A stretch of 24,771 nt of DNA from a virus (lineage: Duplodnaviria; Heunggongvirae; Uroviricota; Caudoviricetes), in the IMG/VR virus record IMGVR_UViG_2547132278_000006; one strand, written 5' to 3'. The stretch's first letter is position 1. Every line of letters begins with the position of its first letter. Below are positions 1-8,928 of this stretch, one piece after another. The position numbers and the translations under genes are program-made. The notes below the pieces were generated by a model that was not told where the DNA came from, ran no database searches, and was given only the letters and a program-made list of their open reading frames with translations.

Positions 1-326
<326 letters not shown>

Positions 327-467
327 GTTAAAACGCATCTCCAGACTATCAATATGTCTCTGTGTCTCCAGTTCATAGCGGGTAATTGCGATTTCAATAA
401 TTTTATGACCAGCAAGGAAATCCAGTCCCGTAGACTCGATATCGATGCCTGCAACAATCGTTGTCAT
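327..467 (-). pseudogene. DEDD-family 3'-5' exonuclease (DnaQ/oligoribonuclease-like), N-terminal 47 codons only, truncated at the IS junction
   Basis: Hand translation from ATG at 467: MTTIVAGIDIESTGLDFLAGHKIIEIAITRYELETQRHIDSLEMRFN, then the frame enters the IS at 326 and stops after 2 codons. Exo I motif (D-I-E-S-T-G-L) and GHKIIEIA match DnaQ/Orn N-termini. Strong SD (AAGGAG) 5 nt upstream. Under 60 aa, so absent from the ORF track. Confidence 0.5.
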
Positions 468-476
468 CAGAACTCC

Positions 477-896
477 TTACAACTTCTTAGCGCCCTTAAG
501 TAGTGCGCTACGTACAAATTGAGCCGCTTTTTTCAAAGTTTCTTCACTGGTTTCACAGACAATCGGATCTTTCCACTTACCTGACACAGTGTTGAGAATA
601 TTGATTTGGTTGCTATCCAGACAAACAGAGATATAAAGCACCGTGCCACCAGCCAGCATCAAATGCATAGGAAACAGAGGCTTTTTACTGCCTTCACTGA
701 ACTGAGACATGGCGATGTTAATGGCTTCACCCACTTGTGTACCAACAAGCCCCTGCGCAGTTTCGAATATGGCACGAATAGCCAGACGAGCCTCTCGATC
801 GCTCATAAGCGACCGGGAATGTTCGTCCGCTACACGAATCAAAGCCTCTGTTGTTTTCCGATCCAGTTCATCTTCAAGCAACAGTTCACTAAACAT
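477..896 (-). CDS. hypothetical protein (139 aa)
   Basis: Intact minus-strand ORF in the co-oriented gene array; no motif recognised. Confidence 0.55.
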   Translation of the reverse strand: MFSELLLEDELDRKTTEALIRVADEHSRSLMSDREARLAIRAIFETAQGLVGTQVGEAINIAMSQFSEGSKKPLFPMHLMLAGGTVLYISVCLDSNQINILNTVSGKWKDPIVCETSEETLKKAAQFVRSALLKGAKKL

Positions 897-957
897 TTTT
901 TATCCTTAACCCATTTTGAGAGTTTTATTGTCGCAATGTCGAAGAGGCGAACAATTT

Positions 958-1602
958 CTAATGAACGGTTACTCGGCCACAGAAGCGGTTTTCTATCTTT
1001 TCTACCGCGTTATCGAGCATTCTCATTACTGATCTGGCTCTTGCTTCAACTGTGCGATACCGGTTGGAAACGACGAAGGTTTGCAGATCTCCCCTTTGCG
1101 GATGCAGGTGAATTTTTGTCAGTTCCCCGCACATCAACGCATCAATACGAGCGACATACAGACGGTCTAATGATGCTCGTTGTGACCGCAAGTAATCTCG
1201 CTCTGAGAGAGCGACCCCCGGGCGTAGGCCAGCAATGGCGTTAAAATTTGAAATAGCAGTTTTGTGGCAAAACTTTTCGATATCGAGGGCTAACTCAATA
1301 CATCGATCTTCATTGGTATGGCCGACCAAATCCAACGTGTAGGCCATAACATCAGCAGGTGTGCGATCGATAACAAAGCCTTCAACACCACGCGTAAGTA
1401 GCTCTATATGCTTTGCTATTTCCATTTGAATCTGAAGCCGCTCATATAGAGGCATAGACTCACCTACTCGAACACCGAGTCGGCTCATCAAACTTCCGAC
1501 CCCAGCATCCACGTAAGGGATTCCGTAATGTTTGTCGATATATTTTGCCAGGGTTGTTTTCCCACTGCCCTGAGCACCAGTGATCCCAATCCGGTAATCC
1601 AT
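958..1602 (-). CDS. P-loop nucleoside/nucleotide kinase-like protein (thymidylate-kinase/dNMP-kinase-like)
   Basis: Walker A ITGAQGSGKTTLAKY at the N-terminus; downstream VIDRTPADVMAYT resembles the Tmk DR(H/Y) region; sits in the nucleotide-metabolism cluster; start ATG overlaps the DHFR stop (TAATG). Confidence 0.55.
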   Translation of the reverse strand: MDYRIGITGAQGSGKTTLAKYIDKHYGIPYVDAGVGSLMSRLGVRVGESMPLYERLQIQMEIAKHIELLTRGVEGFVIDRTPADVMAYTLDLVGHTNEDRCIELALDIEKFCHKTAISNFNAIAGLRPGVALSERDYLRSQRASLDRLYVARIDALMCGELTKIHLHPQRGDLQTFVVSNRYRTVEARARSVMRMLDNAVEKIENRFCGRVTVH

Positions 1603-2078
1603 TACGACCTTCTGTATACGATCTGCGAAAAGCCAGGCTCTTCCTCGCTGGCTCGTTGGGTAAAAACTGTTTCAACAGGCACAAAGCCTAAGTTACGCAT
1701 CATGCTTGTCGGGAAGAATGCATCGGCGTTTGGTACATCAACGCCGATGTGAGAGAGCCAAATCTCTTCAACATGCGGCATGAATAGCGAGTAAATTTGT
1801 TCCCCGCCAATCACCCACACAGGCTCTGGTAATCGTAGCACATCATCCACACCAGCAGGGTAGAATCCATTTGGTACAAAGCCATGCGAGCGCGTCAAAA
1901 CGAGGTTATGACGCTCTGGAAGAGGGCGTTTGAGACTTTCCATCGTTTTACGCCCCATAACGACAGTGGCGTTTTTGGTGAGTCTCTTAAATAGCTTCAG
2001 ATCGGTAGAACAACGCCAGGGCAGTTCGTTCGCTATGCCGATCTCATAGTTACGGCCAACAGCAGCTATCATCTTCAT
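1602..2078 (-). CDS. folA: dihydrofolate reductase
   Basis: MIAAVGRNYEIGIANELPW...DLKLFKRLT...VVMGRKTMESLKRPLPERHNLVLTR...VIGGEQIY aligns by eye with the E. coli FolA motif pattern (LPW, FK, VMGRxTxES, RPLPxR, IGG); SD GAGGTGA upstream; ATGA overlap with the upstream gene. Confidence 0.85.
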   Translation of the reverse strand: MKMIAAVGRNYEIGIANELPWRCSTDLKLFKRLTKNATVVMGRKTMESLKRPLPERHNLVLTRSHGFVPNGFYPAGVDDVLRLPEPVWVIGGEQIYSLFMPHVEEIWLSHIGVDVPNADAFFPTSMMRNLGFVPVETVFTQRASEEEPGFSQIVYRRS

Positions 2079-2488
2079 ATGCTCACCTCATAGATGACCG
2101 GTCTATGATGAGAGTCAGCTAAAGCGGCACGGAGTCGAGGATCGTGCACCAGCGCAGCGATAAGCAGATCGCCTTTATGCTCCGCTAATGTGCGCTTAAT
2201 ATGCTTCTCATAACTAGTGCTATTCGGTACGAGATGAAGCCAGTCGTAATCAACACCAAAATCTTTCAGCCATCGTTTAGTGGGCGCTTCAAGAGTTTCA
2301 GAGCGGCTACTGATAAGCACCACTTCAGCCCCTGAGCGAGCAAAACCACGCAACATACGGCTGGTGGGGAAAATGAGTTCATCACCGGCAATGAATTGGC
2401 CTGCATCCGAGTCAGATACAGATTTACGATGGCTGGTATTTGCCAGCACACCTTCAATTTCGCATAAGACATACATACCTCTTGCCAT
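2075..2488 (-). CDS. hypothetical protein, possibly HAD-like hydrolase fold (putative nucleotidase) with non-canonical motif I
   Basis: Likely start is the ATG at 2488 (MARGMYVLCEIEGVL...), 2 nt after the thyA stop; the ORF track extends to 2584 but overlaps thyA. hhhhCEIEGVL resembles HAD motif I (hhhhDxDGT/V) with Glu replacing both Asp; later LISSRS and VHDP could be motifs II and IV. Function is tentative. Confidence 0.45.
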   Translation of the reverse strand: MARGMYVLCEIEGVLANTSHRKSVSDSDAGQFIAGDELIFPTSRMLRGFARSGAEVVLISSRSETLEAPTKRWLKDFGVDYDWLHLVPNSTSYEKHIKRTLAEHKGDLLIAALVHDPRLRAALADSHHRPVIYEVSI

Positions 2489-2489
2489 A

Positions 2490-3593
2490 TCACACCGCCA
2501 CTGGAACCTTGATCCACGGTAGAGGGGCATAGCCAAGAATAAGAATCTCGTCCCATTTGAAATCATCCAGCTCAGACCATTCATTAGGGAATATAACGAC
2601 CGGATCTGAATGCTCTGGAGCCTGTCGTTGCATTAGCTCACACACACCTTCCATGTGGTTGTTGTACAAATGCACGTCAAAGCCAAAATGCACAAATGCA
2701 CCGGCCATGTGACCCGTAATCTTCGCGAGAAAATGAGTGAGAATGCCATAGCCAGCAATATTGAATGGCATACCAACAAAAGTGTCTACGCTACGCTGTA
2801 CGAGGCAGGAGTTGAGGATGCGTTTGGGGATTCCAAGTTCATCCAGTTCAGTTTCAGTAACACTGCCGTCCATCTCCAGATCGTATAGCATCTTGGTGTA
2901 GATAGACTCATAACCGAGGCGACTGTGTTGAAGACCAATGTCAGTTGCCATCGTTAAACGGGTTTCAAAATCAAGCTCACGACTCCACAAAGAGAAGACA
3001 AAGTGGCAAGGTGGCAGTTTCATATCCTCAAGCTCGCCTACGTTCCATGCGTTAAGCATGATGCGACGATCGGTAGGGTTCGTGCGCAGTGTATCGACAA
3101 TACGCTGTAGCTGATCGATTTCACGGGACAGCACTACGCGATCTTCACTGATACCCAGGTATCCCTCGACTTTGTACCCGCGTAAACGGAAAGTATCGAT
3201 CTTGCTCAGATATTCACTATGGCTCACGATGCGGGTATCTTCCCATCGACGCCACTGCTTACCGTAAACCGGCCCCAAATCGCCATTCTCATCGGCCCAT
3301 GCATCCCAAATCTTAACGCCGTTATCCTTGAGAAATTGGATGTTGCCCGTGCCTTTCAGATACCACTCAAGTTCGACAAGTAGTGGCTTAAGATTTACCG
3401 CCTTTCCAGAAATAAGCGGCACAGTCCCACCAGTAAGCATGTAGTAAGAGGGAACGTAGCAGGTGCTTAAAGTACCAGTGCCTGTGCGATCATCAACCTG
3501 CACGCCGCTTTTAAGCACCGTCTCAATAACTTTTGCATACGATGCGTTTGTTACCTGACCGTTCGTATGCTCACGATTCAAAAGGAGTGACAC
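2490..3593 (-). CDS. thyA: thymidylate synthase (ThyA family), long form with insertions
   Basis: DDRTGTGT, DLGPVYGKQWRRW, RRIMLNAWNVGEL, LPPCH, QRSVDTFVGMPFNIAGY, DVHLYNNH and C-terminal IKVPVAV match ThyA catalytic motifs. The ORF track starts at a GTG at 3620; GTG at 3593 has a GAGG SD 5 nt upstream and is the more likely start. Confidence 0.85.
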   Translation of the reverse strand: MSLLLNREHTNGQVTNASYAKVIETVLKSGVQVDDRTGTGTLSTCYVPSYYMLTGGTVPLISGKAVNLKPLLVELEWYLKGTGNIQFLKDNGVKIWDAWADENGDLGPVYGKQWRRWEDTRIVSHSEYLSKIDTFRLRGYKVEGYLGISEDRVVLSREIDQLQRIVDTLRTNPTDRRIMLNAWNVGELEDMKLPPCHFVFSLWSRELDFETRLTMATDIGLQHSRLGYESIYTKMLYDLEMDGSVTETELDELGIPKRILNSCLVQRSVDTFVGMPFNIAGYGILTHFLAKITGHMAGAFVHFGFDVHLYNNHMEGVCELMQRQAPEHSDPVVIFPNEWSELDDFKWDEILILGYAPLPWIKVPVAV

Positions 3594-3670
3594 AAAAACC
3601 TCACAAAGATAAGTAATCACTTATTCATTGTGTGAGTTTACATTTATTGAGAGAACAAGACCAGATAGAT

Positions 3671-3702
3671 AAAAAAATGGTGGCCACAGGCCACCAAAAA
3701 CG
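3671..3702 (-). terminator. rho-independent terminator (bidirectional hairpin flanked by A/T runs)
   Basis: AAAAAAA-TGGTGGCC-ACAG-GGCCACCA-AAAAA; on the minus strand the 8-bp GC stem is followed by T7, 60 nt downstream of the stop of CDS 3765..4634. Confidence 0.6.
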
Positions 3703-3764
3703 AATAGTTGTTTCAGAAATTTAACGCGCCAACGCAATATACACAGATAGATAACTACCTACAA

Positions 3765-4634
3765 TTATTTTTTGATCATTCCGTACATTGCTGAGGCTTT
3801 AGCTTGCTCAACAAAGGAGGATAAATCGACATCACTATAGGTTGGAGACTTCAGAATCTTTCCATCGGAAATTCGAAAACCGATCATCTTATCGGTGCCA
3901 TCAGCATGGCGAAATCCCAGGTCAGAAGAGTCGTATTTGCAGTTGGCCACAGCATGGCGACGCTCTTTGGCATCTGCAGGCCATAATTTTGTCATGTTGG
4001 ACCGATGAATTTCGCCAACCAGCTCGACGACATTGATACCGAGGAAATCAGCCAGTCGATAGGTCATCATGCACGCCACATAGATTTTGTTCATTACACG
4101 GCGCAGTTCCTGAATCAGCTCAGAATCCTTAACAGTCTTGTTCTCAAGTTTATCTGCCAGCTCTTCGAGCATACATGACGCCTCACGAGCTTCCTGAAAT
4201 GGCATTGCCATATCATCGAAAACAGTGTTACCAGGCACAAAAATTGTCTGCATAAAGCGATCAATGCTCTGTTCCTGCGTGTAATAAGTCATGCCGGTAG
4301 AAATACCACCTTTGATGGCGACCATCGTACCAACACCAACGTATAAAAAGTCGGCCATTGCATCCAGCAGTTGCTCAATATCCCCATTCATTGCGGCTGG
4401 AATACCTTCCACTACAGCTTCTTCATGAATCAGGCTTGCACGGAGACGAAGCAGCTCTGGTGTCGGCATAACGCGTCTCGGATGCTGGAAGAGTTCATGA
4501 AACTGATCGACCATCTTGTAAATACTTTCAGTGGCTACACCATGGCCTTCATGCAACTCATATGGTTCTGGCTTAAATCCAATGAGTCGATCGGTGGCAA
4601 GTTTCAGGTGGTCAGTCAGTTTGGTAAAGTTCAT
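3765..4634 (-). CDS. hypothetical protein, possibly all-alpha NTP pyrophosphohydrolase (MazG/dimeric dUTPase-like)
   Basis: 289-aa ORF between thyA and nrdB; LIHEEAVVEG...DIEQLLDAMAD loosely resembles the MazG EExxE...ExxD motif and a second helical half suggests a tandem arrangement. Function by weak motif recall only. Confidence 0.5.
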   Translation of the reverse strand: MNFTKLTDHLKLATDRLIGFKPEPYELHEGHGVATESIYKMVDQFHELFQHPRRVMPTPELLRLRASLIHEEAVVEGIPAAMNGDIEQLLDAMADFLYVGVGTMVAIKGGISTGMTYYTQEQSIDRFMQTIFVPGNTVFDDMAMPFQEAREASCMLEELADKLENKTVKDSELIQELRRVMNKIYVACMMTYRLADFLGINVVELVGEIHRSNMTKLWPADAKERRHAVANCKYDSSDLGFRHADGTDKMIGFRISDGKILKSPTYSDVDLSSFVEQAKASAMYGMIKK

Positions 4635-4711
4635 GCTAGTTTTGTTCCTTCTTAATTCTTGTGATCCATTGTGGCCCAGCGTTGCCAGGCCACATAATGC
4701 TTTGTATCGGT

Positions 4712-5854
4712 TTACAGGTCTGCAAACTGGCTTAGAGAAGCCTTATCCACGGTAGAATCGATCTGACCTACCAGATATGTGCTTTGCTCTGCCTCTTGTG
4801 GTGCAATTTGCAGTGTGTCGGTTAACAACCACTTGTTCATCCAGACCAGCGGATCAGTGGTAACTTCTGGAAATAAAGCCTTCAGGCCAAGACGATTCAT
4901 AGCCAGATTGGTGCGGTATTTTACATACGTTTTGAGAATATCCGCGTTTAAACCAATCATCGAACCATCTTTGAAGAGATAGTCTGCCCAGTTCATTTCT
5001 TGTTCGGCGACTGATTTCATGGTGTCGTAAATGACGTTTTCTTCATCAGCAGCAATCTCTTTCCACAATAAACCTTCGCGACCGGTACGCATGAAGCGGA
5101 TCATGCGTTCAGTTCCTTCGCAATGCAGAGCTTCATCACGGGCAATAAAGCGCATAATTTTGGTGTTACCCTCAAGCAACTTCCGTTCGCCAAAGGCAAA
5201 AGTACATGCAAAACTTACATAGAAACGGATCGCCTCAAGCGCATTAATGGACACCAATGTGCGGAAAAGCTGACGGTGCAAAGGGTATGGCTCCCAGCCA
5301 TATTCATTTACGTACAGACGCTCAAATTCCTTCTCACCTAACGACTGGCGCTCGCAGGTCATCCCATAAAGCCTGTCATATTCAGCAGAGATACTGATCG
5401 CTCGGTTGATGATTTCTTCATCCGTAACAATACCGTCAAAAACAATGCTCGGATCGTCCACCATGCCACGAATAATGTGGGTGTAGCTGCGGCTATGGAT
5501 AGTCTCAGAGAAAGACCACGTTTCAACCCACGTTTCCAGTTCAGGAATAGAGATAAGCGGCAGCAGCGTTGCATTTGGGCTACGTCCCTGAACTGAATCG
5601 AGTAACGTTTGATAACGGAGATTGCTCAGAAAAATGTGACGTTCGTGGTCCCGCAGCTTCGTGTTGAAGTCGATACGATCGCTCGAAATATCAACTTCTT
5701 CCGGCCGCCAGAAGAAAGACAATTGACGTTCAATCAACTTTTCAAAATCACGGTATTTTTGCTGATCGTAACGTGCCACGTTGACAGATTGTCCGAGGAA
5801 CATAGGCTCTTTGGTTGCATTATTAGCACCCAAACGGAACGTTGAATATGACAT
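4712..5854 (-). CDS. nrdB: ribonucleotide reductase class Ia small (beta) subunit
   Basis: Near-colinear with recalled E. coli NrdB ([88 protein letters not shown]). Confidence 0.95.
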   Translation of the reverse strand: MSYSTFRLGANNATKEPMFLGQSVNVARYDQQKYRDFEKLIERQLSFFWRPEEVDISSDRIDFNTKLRDHERHIFLSNLRYQTLLDSVQGRSPNATLLPLISIPELETWVETWSFSETIHSRSYTHIIRGMVDDPSIVFDGIVTDEEIINRAISISAEYDRLYGMTCERQSLGEKEFERLYVNEYGWEPYPLHRQLFRTLVSINALEAIRFYVSFACTFAFGERKLLEGNTKIMRFIARDEALHCEGTERMIRFMRTGREGLLWKEIAADEENVIYDTMKSVAEQEMNWADYLFKDGSMIGLNADILKTYVKYRTNLAMNRLGLKALFPEVTTDPLVWMNKWLLTDTLQIAPQEAEQSTYLVGQIDSTVDKASLSQFADL

Positions 5855-5877
5855 GTGTTTTTCCTTTTTCTTTTTTG

Positions 5878-5955
5878 GTGCGTTTAAACAAGTTGTTATC
5901 TTATGTGTTTAAACAAGGCTTACAAATCAAAGAGAAGGTGGGGATATCCCCCACC
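5878..5955 (-). promoter_or_regulatory. nrdA-nrdB intercistronic element: two 14-bp direct repeats with a palindromic core, plus a GC-rich palindrome just after the nrdA stop
   Basis: TGCGTTTAAACAAG (5879-5892) and TGTGTTTAAACAAG (5904-5917), both containing the palindrome GTTTAAAC; GGTGGGGATATCCCCCACC at 5937-5955 lies 6 nt downstream of the nrdA stop. Confidence 0.35.
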
Positions 5956-5960
5956 ATATG

Positions 5961-8276
5961 TCAGATTTTGCAGGCTCCGTCGCACTCATCTTCTGGCTCG
6001 ACGGCTACAGCTTGCGCCAGTGGATTCTGCGGTTCGTCGTCATCACGCTTTCCTGCACCATCTCTGGTGTTGTGGTAGTAAAGCGTTTTAACTCCCATCT
6101 TGTAGGCGAGAAGCAAATCTGACAGTAGCGTCATCATTGGGACTTTATCGCCTTCAAAGCGAGAAGGGTCATAGTTGGTATTGGCCGAAATAGCCTGGTC
6201 AAAGAACTTCTGGATGATCGCCACCTTTGTCAGATAGCCGCGGTTGTCCGGCATATCCCACAGGTATTCATACTGTTCCTTCAGTTTTTCAAACTCAGGC
6301 ACGACCATCTTGACGATGCCGTCCTTAGAAGATTTCACTGACACCGGGCCACGAGGCGGTTCGATGCCGTTGGTGGAATTAGTGATCTGGCTGGAAGTCT
6401 CGCATGGCATTTGTGCCGTCAGTGTGGAGTTGCGAAGGCCGTATTTTGCAATACGTTCACGCAGTTCTTCCCACGGCATCTTTAACTCAAAGTTTGTTTC
6501 GCCACTTTCGTCTAATGAAGAACGGTAATGGTCGATCGGCAACTGACCAATTGCGTATTTGGTCTGCTCAAACCAGTCACACTCACCTTTTGCTTCGGCA
6601 AGTCGGCAGCTGGCATCAAGAAGGTAATACTGGATAGCTTCGAACGTTTCATGCACCAGTTTATTGCCAGCGGTATCAGAATAACGAACGCCATTCTTTG
6701 CCAGGTAATAAGCAAAGTTGGTTACACCAATTCCCAAGCTACGACGAGCTTTGGCAGGCACTTCGGCTGCCTCCATCGGATAGTCTTGATAATCCAGTAA
6801 CGAATCCAGTGCAGCAACGGCATAGAACGCCACCTCTTTAAGAGACTCCAGTGAACGGATGGCTCCGAGGTTAAAAGCGGATAAAGTGCATAGCGCGATC
6901 TCACCGTTCGGGTCGTCGGTAAATGCCAGTGGACGGGTGGGTAGGGTGATCTCCATACACAGGTTTGACTGGCGGACAGGTGCAAGAGCAGGAATGAAAG
7001 CGCCATGCTCATTAATATGATCGACGTTCGCAATATAAATTCGGCCCGTGGACGCTCGTTCCTGCATCAGAGATGAGAACAGCTCAATGGCAGGTACTGA
7101 CTTCTTGCGAATTGAATCATCGGCTTCGTATTTATGGTACAGCTTTTCAAACAGCTCCTGGTCTGTGAAGAAGGCTTCGTACATATCAGGCACATCATGC
7201 GGGCTGAACAGAGTGATGTTCTCGCTTCTGACGAGTCGACGGTACATTAGACGGTTACTCATGACGCCGTAATCAAGATGGCGAACGCGGTTTTCATCAA
7301 TACCACGGTTATTTTTCACCACCAGCAGACTTTCAACTTCAAGATGCCAGATCGGGTAAAACGCTGTTGCTGCGCCACCACGAACACCACCTTGCGAACA
7401 AGATTTAACAGCCGTCTGGAAATGCTTCAGGAATGGAATAACTCCGGTATGGGTGGCTTCACCATTGCGGATCTCGCTGCCCAGCGCACGGATACGGCCA
7501 AAACCAATACCAATTCCAGCACGACGTGAAACGTAGTCGATAATTGCGGCTGAAGCTGCACTAATCCCTTTCAGACTATCGCCAGACTCAATCAGCACAC
7601 AACTGGAGAACTGACGGGTTGGAGTACGGACGCCGGCCATGATTGGTGTGGGCAGAGACAGTTTGAACGTACTTGTAACGTCATAGAAACCTTTGACCAT
7701 CTCCATACGTGTTTTGCCAGCGCAGTCGTCTTCCCAATTCTGGAACAGACACATGCCTACCAGCATATAGATATGTTGCGGCCCCTCATGAATCTCACCA
7801 GTAACACGGTTTTGAACGAGGTATTTGCTTTGCAACTGCACCGTAGCTGCATAGCCAAAAAGATCGTCACGTTTCGGCTTAATGTAATTGCCGAGTTCTT
7901 CGATCTCTTCAAACGAATAATGTGTCAGCAAATCCTTGTCATAAACGCCCTTGTTAACGTTCTTGACAATGTGTTGGTAGAAGTTCGGATAGTCGTAACG
8001 ACCGAAGGCATCTTTGCGGATTTTAAAAATGTTCAGGCGGGCAGCCACCTGTGAGTAATTTGGTGCTTCTGGTGAGATCAAATCAGCGGCAGATTTAACC
8101 AAAGCCTCATGCAACTGGCTGGTGGTAATCCCATCAAAAATGCTGGCCGCAGCTCCCATTGCTACAGCGGATGCGCTTACACCACGAATGCCTTCTACGC
8201 CATACATTACGACGCGGTTGTATTTTTCTTCGGATAACGGCTCTGTTTGGCCGTTACGTTTTACGATGCTTATCAT
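5961..8276 (-). CDS. nrdA: ribonucleotide reductase class Ia large (alpha) subunit
   Basis: 771 aa; long stretches match recalled E. coli NrdA (YLVQNRVTGEI, LPTPIMAGVRTPTRQFSSCVLIE, CSQGGVRGGAAT, NRVRHLDYG, RQSNLCMEI, C-terminal ...CDGACKI). Confidence 0.95.
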   Translation of the reverse strand: MISIVKRNGQTEPLSEEKYNRVVMYGVEGIRGVSASAVAMGAAASIFDGITTSQLHEALVKSAADLISPEAPNYSQVAARLNIFKIRKDAFGRYDYPNFYQHIVKNVNKGVYDKDLLTHYSFEEIEELGNYIKPKRDDLFGYAATVQLQSKYLVQNRVTGEIHEGPQHIYMLVGMCLFQNWEDDCAGKTRMEMVKGFYDVTSTFKLSLPTPIMAGVRTPTRQFSSCVLIESGDSLKGISAASAAIIDYVSRRAGIGIGFGRIRALGSEIRNGEATHTGVIPFLKHFQTAVKSCSQGGVRGGAATAFYPIWHLEVESLLVVKNNRGIDENRVRHLDYGVMSNRLMYRRLVRSENITLFSPHDVPDMYEAFFTDQELFEKLYHKYEADDSIRKKSVPAIELFSSLMQERASTGRIYIANVDHINEHGAFIPALAPVRQSNLCMEITLPTRPLAFTDDPNGEIALCTLSAFNLGAIRSLESLKEVAFYAVAALDSLLDYQDYPMEAAEVPAKARRSLGIGVTNFAYYLAKNGVRYSDTAGNKLVHETFEAIQYYLLDASCRLAEAKGECDWFEQTKYAIGQLPIDHYRSSLDESGETNFELKMPWEELRERIAKYGLRNSTLTAQMPCETSSQITNSTNGIEPPRGPVSVKSSKDGIVKMVVPEFEKLKEQYEYLWDMPDNRGYLTKVAIIQKFFDQAISANTNYDPSRFEGDKVPMMTLLSDLLLAYKMGVKTLYYHNTRDGAGKRDDDEPQNPLAQAVAVEPEDECDGACKI

Positions 8277-8349
8277 GTATCACCAAATAAAGAGGGCCAC
8301 TAAATATAGTGGCCCATGTTAATAGATAAGCACTTACCTATCAATGAAA

Positions 8350-8919
8350 TCAAATGAGAGACTTAAGAACATCGCGCACCTGGCGGAACTGATCTGTTTG
8401 CATACCGGTATGGATGGCAGCCACCGCATCAGCCAAATGTTCGTTTTTGTTCACGAGAACATCCTGTCCAGATTGCTTACGACGCAGCCACGGTGCTTTA
8501 GGGTGTTTTTTCGTAGCCCACTGGATAATCTCTTCTTTCGATGTAGTAAGTTTATTGCCGACAAAATGCTTGATTTCGTTTGGAGTAACCTGGATCAATG
8601 GCTTATCCACACACGCAAGTACACCGATACAAATACCGTAAGACGTCTGCGAACGAGAGTTTTGGCTCCCAACCGGTAGCTCACAAAAAACCATATTTGC
8701 CTTATCAATGATTGGCTTCGCAACACGCCATATTTCACTGGCTCGGCGCAGATCGTCACTGTTCACACGAACGGTCTTTTTGTTACTCCCCGCTTTAGTC
8801 TCAACAAGAGTAAGGCCGTGAATCTCAAGTTCGTCCGTCTCAAGGTCTAAAGTGCCCACAGCAAGCCCAAAGTTGCTCATTGAGGGATCAACACCAACTA
8901 CGCTGATTTTTTTACTCAT
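8350..8919 (-). CDS. RuvC-like Holliday junction resolvase
   Basis: N-terminal ISVVGVDPSMSNFGLAV (RuvC ILGIDPG...GYGV pattern), mid FCELP (catalytic Glu region), C-terminal LADAVAAIHTG (RuvC DAADALAIAITH pattern). Confidence 0.6.
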   Translation of the reverse strand: MSKKISVVGVDPSMSNFGLAVGTLDLETDELEIHGLTLVETKAGSNKKTVRVNSDDLRRASEIWRVAKPIIDKANMVFCELPVGSQNSRSQTSYGICIGVLACVDKPLIQVTPNEIKHFVGNKLTTSKEEIIQWATKKHPKAPWLRRKQSGQDVLVNKNEHLADAVAAIHTGMQTDQFRQVRDVLKSLI

Positions 8920-8928
8920 ATAGTCTCC

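Noticed and set aside
606-1244. Plus-strand ORFs from the six-frame track that lie inside minus-strand genes (e.g. 606..1244, 2655..2888, 5842..6078, 7773..8054, 9771..10118, 19971..20393, 22988..23503)
   Set aside because: Each is fully nested in or antisense to a minus-strand gene with strong motif support; none has a recognisable motif, and several are low-complexity. Treated as shadow ORFs.
2489-2584. The long form (169 aa) of ORF 2075..2584
   Set aside because: It would overlap the thyA 3' end by about 95 nt; the ATG at 2488 just after the thyA stop is more plausible.
5878-5920. nrd intergenic repeats as NrdR boxes
   Set aside because: The GTTTAAAC core and 25-bp spacing do not fit the recalled NrdR box consensus (CAC..ATAT..GTG type, about 31-32 bp centre-to-centre).
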